DNA of 64,000 nucleotides from Alphaproteobacteria bacterium (GTDB lineage Bacteria; Pseudomonadota; Alphaproteobacteria; CAAGCB01; CAG-977): NCBI GenBank assembly GCA_900768465.1, contig CAAGCY010000024.1, positions 75,794 to 139,793 of the forward strand, read 5' to 3'. Shown piece by piece: positions 32,065 to 39,715 of this stretch (position 1 is its first letter; each line of letters starts with the position of its first letter). The notes under the pieces were generated by a model. It saw only the letters and a program-made list of their open reading frames with translations, ran no database searches and was not told where the DNA came from. The position numbers and the translations under genes were made by a program.

Positions 32065-32703
32065 TCAACGACCGCCTTTTTGTTTCAGATTCAACGCGGT
32101 AATCATGCCGCCCGGATTGCCCAGCCCCGAAGCGTACAAAGCCTGCACTTCCTTTTTATAAGTCGATTCGGGCGCAAGCGCTTTTTTCATTTTTTTCAAA
32201 GCGAACAAAGCGCGCTTGGCATCGGCGTATTTTTTTACGTCGGCCTTTTCCTTGTCCGTGGCTTCGGGCATAACCTGCGCATTCGCGACCGTGCATGACG
32301 CGCCCGCCGCCAACACCAGAGTCGGAGCCGCCATCATGTCGATACCCCCATGCTTCGCCATGACGCCGCAGACAACCGCCGCCGCACCCAAAGCGACCGC
32401 GCGCGCGACTTCCGATCCTCTGTAACCGAACGTCGCCTGCATTTTGGTTTTCAAAGACGCGCTCTTCGCTTCCTTGCCGTAAAATTCCTGCAGATTTTCG
32501 ACTTCCTCCACGGCTTTCGCCTTGTTTTTTTCACTGAATTCCATCGGATGATCCGCCATATAAACATCGGCGACTTCGTCGCGGTACCGTTTGGGAACGC
32601 CGTCCACCTGTTTCATCAATTTGTTCAGATACATGCCGACCGTCAGCTTGGTCGCGGCATCTTCCATTCTTTTGTCGTTTTTAGCCACAATAATCAAAGA
32701 CAT
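32065..32703 (-). CDS. glycine-zipper membrane protein with conserved basic tail, paralog B2
   Basis: Paralog of B1. Its C-terminal tail (YADAKRALFALKKMKKALAPESTYKKEVQALYASGLGNPGGMITALNLKQ) is identical to B1's. First gene of the operon. Confidence 0.65.
   Translation of the reverse strand: MSLIIVAKNDKRMEDAATKLTVGMYLNKLMKQVDGVPKRYRDEVADVYMADHPMEFSEKNKAKAVEEVENLQEFYGKEAKSASLKTKMQATFGYRGSEVARAVALGAAAVVCGVMAKHGGIDMMAAPTLVLAAGASCTVANAQVMPEATDKEKADVKKYADAKRALFALKKMKKALAPESTYKKEVQALYASGLGNPGGMITALNLKQKGGR
32082..32234. repeat. about 153-nt direct repeat, copy 2 (3' end of B2)
   Basis: Near-identical to 31405-31557. Confidence 0.85.
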
Positions 32704-32909
32704 AATCCTGCCCCTTCTTCTGTTTGTTTGACAAAAACTTTAGCACGGTTTGTCCATTCACGCAAGCTTTTCTTCACAAAAAAGCGTGTCGTTCAATCGT
32801 TTTTCCGTCCGCTGACACATAAGATTCACACTTGTCCGCACATTCTTTTCTTTTTTTTCCGAAAAAAACAAGGCATAGTAGAACAAGGTTTAATTTTAAG
32901 GAGTCCGTT
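32704..32909. promoter_or_regulatory. divergent promoter region between B2 (and the tol-pal operon) and rpe
   Basis: A 206-nt AT-richer intergenic region between divergently oriented first genes. No consensus elements were confidently assigned. Confidence 0.4.
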
Positions 32910-33551
32910 ATGACCGTCAAAATCGCCCCGAGCATTCTGTCCGCCGATTTTTCCAAACTGGGCGAAGAAATCGCCTCTGTCGACAAAGCGGGGGCGGATT
33001 ACATCCACATCGACGTCATGGATGGTCATTTCGTTCCCAACATCACGTTCGGCGCTCCCGTCGTCAAAGCCGTCCGTTCCGCAACGAAAAAAGTGTTCGA
33101 CGTTCATTTGATGATTGAACCCGTCGCGGCGTTCATTCCCGACTTTGTCAAAGCGGGCGCGGATTTGATTACCGTCCATGCGGAAGCCGACAAACATCTT
33201 GACCGTTTGCTTCAGCTGATTAAATCGTTCGGCGTCAAAGCGGGCGTCGCGTTGAATCCCTCGACCCCCGAAAGCGTCATCGAATACGTTTTGGACAAGA
33301 TTGATTTGGTTTTGGTCATGACGGTCAACCCCGGATTCGGCGGGCAAAGCTTCATTCCGGCACAGCTGGAAAAAATGCGCCGAATCAAAAAAATCATCGG
33401 CGACCGTCCGATTGAACTGGAAGTCGACGGCGGCGTCAACCCCGAAACCGCCCGCCTGTGCGTCGAAGCGGGCGCAACCGTTCTGGTTGCCGGCAGTGCG
33501 GTGTTCAACAACGGGGCGTATGCCGAAAACATCCGAAGCTTGAAAGGGTAA
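32910..33551 (+). CDS. rpe: ribulose-phosphate 3-epimerase
   Basis: [26 protein letters not shown].. Start at the ATG at 32910 with an AAGGAG RBS. Confidence 0.9.
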   Translation: MTVKIAPSILSADFSKLGEEIASVDKAGADYIHIDVMDGHFVPNITFGAPVVKAVRSATKKVFDVHLMIEPVAAFIPDFVKAGADLITVHAEADKHLDRLLQLIKSFGVKAGVALNPSTPESVIEYVLDKIDLVLVMTVNPGFGGQSFIPAQLEKMRRIKKIIGDRPIELEVDGGVNPETARLCVEAGATVLVAGSAVFNNGAYAENIRSLKG

Positions 33552-33554
33552 CCC

Positions 33555-34262
33555 ATGCCTAAAATCATGATTGTCGAAGACGAAGAAGATATCGTCACTT
33601 TACTGCGCTACAATTTGGAAAGCGCGGGTTTCGACGTTGTTTCCGAAACGAACGGAGGGCGCGCGATTGACGTTATCGCGGCGCAAAAACCCGATTTGCT
33701 TTTGCTGGACTGGATGCTGCCCGAAAAAAGCGGAATCGACATCTGCCGCGACATCCGCGACAGCAACGATTTGCGCAACATCCCGATTATCATGCTGACC
33801 GCCCGCGGCGAAGAAGCCGACAAAATCGAAGGACTGAGCATCGGCGCCGACGATTACATGACAAAGCCGTTTTCCGTCCCCGAACTGCTTGCCCGCATTC
33901 GTGCTTTGCTGCGGCGGGTTCAGCCGTCTTCCGCCAAAGGCGTTTTGGAATTCGAAGACGTCAAAATGGATTTGGCGACGTGCCGGGTTACACGCGGAAA
34001 CCGCTTTGTGCATTTGGGACCGACGGAATTCCGCCTGCTTCAGTTTTTGATGGAACAGCCCCGCCATGTCTTTCCGCGCGAAACTTTGCTCAAAGAAGTC
34101 TGGGGCGAGGACATTCACGTCGAACTGCGCACCGTCGACGTGCATATCCGCCGTTTGCGCAAAGCCATGAACGAAGGCGGGGAAAAGGACTTAATCCGCA
34201 CCATCCGCGCGGCGGGATACTCGATTGATTCAAACGTTCCGCCCGACGAAACAGAAGACTGA
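33555..34262 (+). CDS. phoB: OmpR-family response regulator, PhoB-like
   Basis: High similarity to PhoB across the receiver domain (LLLDWMLPEKSGI, IIMLTARGEE.D) and the winged-helix output domain. Confidence 0.75.
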   Translation: MPKIMIVEDEEDIVTLLRYNLESAGFDVVSETNGGRAIDVIAAQKPDLLLLDWMLPEKSGIDICRDIRDSNDLRNIPIIMLTARGEEADKIEGLSIGADDYMTKPFSVPELLARIRALLRRVQPSSAKGVLEFEDVKMDLATCRVTRGNRFVHLGPTEFRLLQFLMEQPRHVFPRETLLKEVWGEDIHVELRTVDVHIRRLRKAMNEGGEKDLIRTIRAAGYSIDSNVPPDETED

Positions 34263-34266
34263 GTTT

Positions 34267-34295
34267 AAAAAAGCCCCGAATTCGGGGCTTTTTCA
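34267..34295. terminator. bidirectional terminator after phoB
   Basis: AAAAAGCCCCG, AATT loop, CGGGGCTTTTT. Confidence 0.7.
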
Positions 34296-34296
34296 T

Positions 34297-34674
34297 TCAA
34301 TCGGGAATGTAATCGTGCAGAATCAGCGCCAAATTCAACAGCGTCTTTTTCTTTTTGACGGACATATCCTCCAGCGCTTCCGCCAGCAAATCGTCGACAT
34401 CGGCGTCTTTGTCAACGCCCAGCAGTTCGCCCAGTTCGTCACATTCGTTCATTTCCGTCTGCAGCAGGGAAAGCGCGTCTTCCGGCACTTCGTCGTCCAG
34501 CCCGAACATAAGGCTGACCGAACGGTAGTCATCGGGATTCAGTTTGTGTTCTTCACATTCGCAGTGATCATGCCCGCACTTGCATTCGTGGTCATGATCG
34601 TGATGATGACCGCATCCGCAATCGTGGTTACGGTCGTGATGACCGCAGCAGCAATGTTCGTGTTCGTTTTTCAT
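34297..34674 (-). CDS. His/Cys-rich putative metal-binding protein (125 aa)
   Basis: The first 42 residues are about 50 % His or Cys (HEHCCCGHHDRNHDCGCGHHHDHDHECKCGHDHCECEEH). An acidic C-terminal domain follows. The gene lies 12 nt upstream of rsmE. Confidence 0.6.
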   Translation of the reverse strand: MKNEHEHCCCGHHDRNHDCGCGHHHDHDHECKCGHDHCECEEHKLNPDDYRSVSLMFGLDDEVPEDALSLLQTEMNECDELGELLGVDKDADVDDLLAEALEDMSVKKKKTLLNLALILHDYIPD

Positions 34675-34686
34675 TTTTTCATCCTT

Positions 34687-35391
34687 TTATCGACACATAA
34701 AAAGAGCCAAAGCGGCAATGGACGCCGTTTCCGCCCGTAAAATCCGTTCGCCCAAATCCAGCCCGACCGTGTTCGGCGTTTTGGCGATTAAAGCGCGCTC
34801 CGATTCGGAAAACCCGCCCTCGGGTCCCGTCAAAAAAGCCGCCCGTTCCACGCCCGCGAACACTTCGCCCGCGCGTTTGCCCCGCCCCGTTTCGTCCAAG
34901 TGGAACAGCACGGGGTCGCTTTCGCCCCACCCCGCCAGCACATCGCGCAAAGCGACGGGATTATCCACCGTCGGCACGTCCAAGCGGCGGCATTGTTCGC
35001 ACGCTTCGACGACGGTCGCTTTCAGCCGTTCGACATTGACGCGTTTCATCGCCGTATAGTCGGTGATGACGGGGACAAGGCGCGTTGCGCCCAGTTCGGT
35101 CGCTTTTTCGGCAACCAGTTCGGTGCAGTCGCGCTTCAAGGGGGAAAAGTACAGCCGCACGTCGCGCGCCGCGGGCTGTTCGCGCAAAGCCCTGCAAATC
35201 TGAATATCGCCGTTTTTTTTGCCCAAAGCGGACAGAACAGCCGCGAATTCGCCGTTTTTACCGTCAAAGACGTAAAGCTCCGCCCCGACATCCGCGCGCA
35301 AAACGTTTTTCAGGTAGTGGACTTGGTTTTCGGGCAAAGCGACGGTTTGCCCGACGCTTAAAGGGCTGTCGATGAACAGACGGATTTGCAT
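34687..35391 (-). CDS. rsmE: 16S rRNA (uracil1498-N3)-methyltransferase
   Basis: RsmE fold and motifs (PUA-like N-terminus, ..LLTGPEGGFS..). Confidence 0.85.
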   Translation of the reverse strand: MQIRLFIDSPLSVGQTVALPENQVHYLKNVLRADVGAELYVFDGKNGEFAAVLSALGKKNGDIQICRALREQPAARDVRLYFSPLKRDCTELVAEKATELGATRLVPVITDYTAMKRVNVERLKATVVEACEQCRRLDVPTVDNPVALRDVLAGWGESDPVLFHLDETGRGKRAGEVFAGVERAAFLTGPEGGFSESERALIAKTPNTVGLDLGERILRAETASIAALALFMCR

Positions 35392-37137
35392 TTATTCTCC
35401 TGCCGAATGGACAATGAACGATTCCGCATCGAAATCGTCGATTTGTTCGGGCTTCATATATTCGGCGGCATATTCCCGATACACCCCCGATGTCAAGAAC
35501 AAGTTGAACAAATCGGGGTCGATATGTCCGCTTTTTGCCATATCCGCCATAATCGCGACGATTTGGGACAGCGACTTAATCTTTTTATAGGGGCGGTCAG
35601 TGGACGACAAAGCCTCGAACACATCCGCCAGCCCCAAAATCCGCGCGGGAACGGACATCTGATTGCGCGTCAAATGGTTGGGGAAGCCCGTCCCGTCCAT
35701 GTGTTCGTGGTGTCCGCCCGCGTATTCGACAACGTTTTTGATGTTCGGCGGGAACGGAATCGCTTTCAGCATTTCAATGGTCATATCGATATGACTGTTG
35801 ATTTTTTGAGCCTCCTCGGGCGTCAAAGTCCCGCGCACGACCGACAAGTTGTGAAACTCTCCGCGGTTGTAACCGCCGAAAACGTGATCGGGGCGATCCT
35901 CCAGCAACGGTTCTTTCGGGTTGGTTTTGGGCGGCGGATTGGACTTCATGCGTTCCAGTTCGTCCCACGACAAGCCCAGAGTCTTGTCAAACCAGCGGTG
36001 ATACGTGCGTTGCCCGATTTCGCGGATGCGGTCCACGTCGTCGTCGCTGAGCGGCGCGTACCCTACGTTTGAATTGGCAAGAAACGCGAAATCATCCTCC
36101 AGCTTTTTGACTTTGGCGTTGAATTCGTCGCGCAAAGTTTCGGCGGGAGCAACATTCGCCAGCCGTTTTTTCAAATAATCGATATGCGCGTCACGGCGCA
36201 AAATCTCGAATCTGGCGCGGATTTCGTGAATACGGTTGTTAATGGTTTCCAGCTTTGTCGCCTTGTCCAGCACATATTCGGGCGTGGTGACTTTGCCGCA
36301 ATCGTGCAGCCATGTCGCCAAATGGAAAGCATACCATTCTTCTTCGGACATTTCAAAGTCGGAAAACGCGCCGTCTTGATCCATCACCGCCGCCAAAGCC
36401 AGCTTGCGCGCGATAATCGGAACGCGCTGGCAATGCGCGCCCGTGTACGGCGATTTGTCGTCAATCGCGCGGGCGATGACTTCCAAAAACGCCTCCAGCA
36501 CGTTTTTCTGCGCTTCAATCAGCTGCTGGTTGTCAATGGCGACCGCGGCGTTCGACGCCAGCGCTTCGACCAGCTTTTGCACGGATTTGGAAAAGAATAT
36601 CGTTTCCCCGTCCTTTGTGCGGGCGTTAATCAGCTGCAAAACGGCGACCACCTGCCCCGTGCGCGTTTTCAGCGGCACGGTCAAAAACGATTTCGACCGA
36701 TAGCCCGACGATTTATCGAACTTCTGCGTTCCCGAAAAATCAAAATCCTCGGAATCGTAGGCGTCGGGAACATTGACGATTTGTTCGGTCAAAGCGGCGT
36801 ACGTCGCCACGTTTTTGGTGTTCGGTTCGCCCGTTTCGGGATCGTACAGATACAAAGGCGGAAACGGAATTTCCTTTTTTTCCGCCGTTCCGCCCATTTT
36901 GATTCCCAAAGCGTCATTGTGCAGAATGGAAAAAATCAGCTGATTGTTGGTCAAATCGGTCAGGTAAAGCGTTCCCGCTTCGGCGTTTGAAAATTCCTTG
37001 GCGGCGGTCAAAATGGTTTCCAGCAAAACGTCCATGTCTTGCTGAGCGGACAAATCGATACCGATTTGGAACAGCCTGTTCAGCTCTTCCGCCGAAAGCG
37101 TTACCGTTTCCTCTGCGCCCGTTTCAACCATTGTCAA
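35392..37137 (-). CDS. GAF-domain HD-GYP phosphodiesterase
   Basis: N-terminal GAF domain, the HD motif (WLHDCGKV) and HHEHMDGTGFP, a GYP-type signature. Confidence 0.8.
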   Translation of the reverse strand: MTMVETGAEETVTLSAEELNRLFQIGIDLSAQQDMDVLLETILTAAKEFSNAEAGTLYLTDLTNNQLIFSILHNDALGIKMGGTAEKKEIPFPPLYLYDPETGEPNTKNVATYAALTEQIVNVPDAYDSEDFDFSGTQKFDKSSGYRSKSFLTVPLKTRTGQVVAVLQLINARTKDGETIFFSKSVQKLVEALASNAAVAIDNQQLIEAQKNVLEAFLEVIARAIDDKSPYTGAHCQRVPIIARKLALAAVMDQDGAFSDFEMSEEEWYAFHLATWLHDCGKVTTPEYVLDKATKLETINNRIHEIRARFEILRRDAHIDYLKKRLANVAPAETLRDEFNAKVKKLEDDFAFLANSNVGYAPLSDDDVDRIREIGQRTYHRWFDKTLGLSWDELERMKSNPPPKTNPKEPLLEDRPDHVFGGYNRGEFHNLSVVRGTLTPEEAQKINSHIDMTIEMLKAIPFPPNIKNVVEYAGGHHEHMDGTGFPNHLTRNQMSVPARILGLADVFEALSSTDRPYKKIKSLSQIVAIMADMAKSGHIDPDLFNLFLTSGVYREYAAEYMKPEQIDDFDAESFIVHSAGE

Positions 37138-37268
37138 GCCCTCGTTTTCTTTTTATTATAAAGGCTTACGGAACAGGAGTCAAACCTTACGCCCCCGTTT
37201 AAAACCAAAAATTAACTGAACCGAAAGCATTTCCGGTGTATAATTCGCAAAATAAAGGAGTTTTTTGT

Positions 37269-38015
37269 ATGGTTCTGTTTCCGAAAAGCGCACCCGCCCA
37301 TTCCAAAGAATCCGATGACGAATCGGCGCCGAAGCCCGTTTTTTTGCCCGTATCCGTCCTGAGCCTGTTCGGAATTTGTCTGGCGGCGCTGTTGTGTTTC
37401 GCGTTTCAAAGCGGTCGGTTCGTCGAACTGCGCGTTCCTTTGTTTCTGATGGAAATCCAATCGGGGCTGATTTTTTCGGCGGTGTGCTTTTTGTTTTTGG
37501 CGGCGATGATTGCCGTCATGGTGCAAAAAGCCTTTATCACGGGCAATTTCGAACGCACTCTTATCGGCAGAAGCCGCCTTGTCAGTTATTTCTTTTCGAT
37601 TTTGACGACGCTGGCGTTCGCGGTGTACATGTGCGCCGTTGCCGTTTATTCGCTGAAGTCGGGCATGTTCCTGCGCGAATCCCTGTTTATCGCCGTGCTG
37701 TACGTTTGCGTTTTGATTCCGCACTTCAAAGCGGGAAAAACACCTTTGGCGCACACGTTCACGACGGCGGCATTCATCGTCGTGTTGAACATCACCGCTT
37801 TTTACGGCGGATTGGCGACGGCTAAAATAGAGCGCAAACCCGCCATCGCGCTGAACGGCGAAACGTTTTTGCTGTGCGCGACGCAAAACAACACTTACAT
37901 TCTGTCGGGATTCGACCCGTACCGTCAAAAAAGCAACGGCAAAATCATGCTGCTGCCCAAGAACGCTCCCGCTTTGGAAAATATGGTTTTCACCCCTGTC
38001 GGACATTTGAAATGA
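37269..38015 (+). CDS. hypothetical polytopic membrane protein
   Basis: Five or six hydrophobic segments. ATG at 37269 with an AAGGAG RBS. Its stop overlaps the pmbA ATG (ATGA). Confidence 0.6.
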   Translation: MVLFPKSAPAHSKESDDESAPKPVFLPVSVLSLFGICLAALLCFAFQSGRFVELRVPLFLMEIQSGLIFSAVCFLFLAAMIAVMVQKAFITGNFERTLIGRSRLVSYFFSILTTLAFAVYMCAVAVYSLKSGMFLRESLFIAVLYVCVLIPHFKAGKTPLAHTFTTAAFIVVLNITAFYGGLATAKIERKPAIALNGETFLLCATQNNTYILSGFDPYRQKSNGKIMLLPKNAPALENMVFTPVGHLK

Positions 38016-39352
38016 ACAAGACTTTATCCCCGTTTGACGCGGTATCCCTGCTGATTGACACAGCGAAAAAGTTCGGTGCGGACGCGGCGGAATCGTTCGG
38101 CGTATCCGCTACGTCGGCAAGCGCGGACTGCCGTTTGCAAAAAACGGAATCACTGGAATACACACACACCGCCGCCGTGGATTTACGCGTTTTTTCGGGC
38201 AAACGCCAAGCCGTCGTCGCGTCGTCCGTTTTGGATGAAAAGTCGCTGACCGACCTTGCAAAACGCGCGGTCGAAATGGCGAAAGCCGTTCCCGAAGACC
38301 CGTTTTGCGGGCTTGCCGATGCCGCGCAGCAGACAACACGCTTTCCCGATTTGGATTTGTACGACGCCACGGACGTTTCAACCGAAACTTTGCTGGAAAC
38401 CGCGCTGAAAGCCGAAGACGCCGCGCTGAGCGTCAAAGGGGTGACGAACTCCGACGGCGCAGGGGCTTCGTTTGAAAAATCGGATGTCTTAATCGCGTCG
38501 ACGACGGGCTTCACCCGCCGTTATCAGCGGTCGTCCTGCGCTTTTTCCGTTTCCGTCATCGCGGGAACGGATGCCAAGGAAACCGATTACGACTATTCGT
38601 CCGCCGTTTATTACGCCGACCTTGAATCGCCCGAAAAAATCGGACGGCAAGCGGGCGAACGCGCGGTCAAACGGCTGGGCGCGCAAAAAATCGAATCGGG
38701 CGTAATGGACGTTGTGTTTGAACCGCGGCTGGCACGCGGCTTTGTCGGCGTTTTGGCGTCGGCTATCAACGGTTCGGCGATTGCGCGCGGCACGTCGTTT
38801 TTAAAAGATTCGCTTAACGACATCGTGCTGAATCCCGCCCTGTCTTTAATCGAAGATCCGTTCGTCAAGCGCGGCGCGGCATCCCGCGCGTGCGATTCCG
38901 AAGGATTGCCCTGCGTCAAACGCGCGATTGTCGATAACGGGCGGCTGACGACATGGCTGTTGGATTTGCGTTCCGCGCGTCAGCTGGGACTGCCCCCCAC
39001 GGGACACGGCGCGCGCGGATTGGGCGGCACGGCGCATCCCGCCCCGTCGAACTTGTTTTTAACGGGCGGCACGGCTGCCCCCGAAGACCTTTTCGCCGAC
39101 ATCAAACGCGGTCTTTACATCACGCAGCTGTTCGGACAGGGCGTCAATATGATTACGGGCGATTACAGCCGCGGCGCGGCGGGATTCCTGATTGAAAACG
39201 GAAAAATCACAACTCCCGTTTCCGAAATCACCGTCGCGGGCAATCTGAAAGAAATGCTGAAAACAATGCAAGCCGCAAACGACGTCGGCGACAGACACGC
39301 CGTCAACGCGCCGACCGTGCGGCTGAACGCGTTGTCAATCGCGGGGAAATAA
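38012..39352 (+). CDS. pmbA: PmbA/TldD-family metalloprotease (TldE-like)
   Basis: Full-length PmbA/TldD family architecture, 447 aa. Confidence 0.85.
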   Translation: MNKTLSPFDAVSLLIDTAKKFGADAAESFGVSATSASADCRLQKTESLEYTHTAAVDLRVFSGKRQAVVASSVLDEKSLTDLAKRAVEMAKAVPEDPFCGLADAAQQTTRFPDLDLYDATDVSTETLLETALKAEDAALSVKGVTNSDGAGASFEKSDVLIASTTGFTRRYQRSSCAFSVSVIAGTDAKETDYDYSSAVYYADLESPEKIGRQAGERAVKRLGAQKIESGVMDVVFEPRLARGFVGVLASAINGSAIARGTSFLKDSLNDIVLNPALSLIEDPFVKRGAASRACDSEGLPCVKRAIVDNGRLTTWLLDLRSARQLGLPPTGHGARGLGGTAHPAPSNLFLTGGTAAPEDLFADIKRGLYITQLFGQGVNMITGDYSRGAAGFLIENGKITTPVSEITVAGNLKEMLKTMQAANDVGDRHAVNAPTVRLNALSIAGK

Positions 39353-39355
39353 GCC

Positions 39356-39715
39356 ATGGACATCAACCCTTTCGTCGGATTGGAATTGTGGCGCAAAGCG
39401 ACGCTGGAACTGGTTAAAAAAGACGCCGCTTCCGCCGACCTTTCCGCGCGTCAAACCGCCGTTTTGCTGAACGTCTATCTGACGCCCGCACCGCATACCG
39501 TCCGCGCGCTAGCGGTTGATTTGAACATATCGAAGCCCGCGGTTACCCGCGCCGTCGACCGTTTGAGCGTCCTTGGGCTGATTGAACGCAAACCCGACGA
39601 AACCGACCGCCGCAGCGTTTTGCTGGAACGCACCATGGCGGGCGCAAAGTACGTCACAGAGCTGGGCGACATTATCGCCAAACAAGCTCTGGACGTTTGC
39701 AATCCGCTGTTTTAA
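39356..39715 (+). CDS. MarR-family transcriptional regulator
   Basis: Winged HTH (LSARQTAVLLNVYLTPAPHTVRALAVDLNISKPAVTRAVDRLSVLGLIER). Confidence 0.75.
   Translation: MDINPFVGLELWRKATLELVKKDAASADLSARQTAVLLNVYLTPAPHTVRALAVDLNISKPAVTRAVDRLSVLGLIERKPDETDRRSVLLERTMAGAKYVTELGDIIAKQALDVCNPLF

Noticed and set aside
29079-32703. Reading the A/B module as a classical polymorphic toxin-immunity cassette
   Set aside because: The gene order (small membrane proteins first, zincin-like proteins last) is the opposite of the usual toxin-then-immunity arrangement. There are no secretion-associated domains (RHS, PAAR, VgrG, filamentous haemagglutinin). The genes are embedded in and coupled to a core envelope operon. 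Kept as an open alternative, not a call.
33555-34262. Calling the OmpR-family regulator CtrA, given the nearby chpT
   Set aside because: The receiver and output-domain sequence tracks PhoB (LLLDWMLP..GI, ..MLTARGEE.D.., winged-helix VDVHIRRLRKAM) rather than CtrA's characteristic N-terminus. No phoR, pstS or phoU is adjacent, so phoB is given with moderate confidence only.
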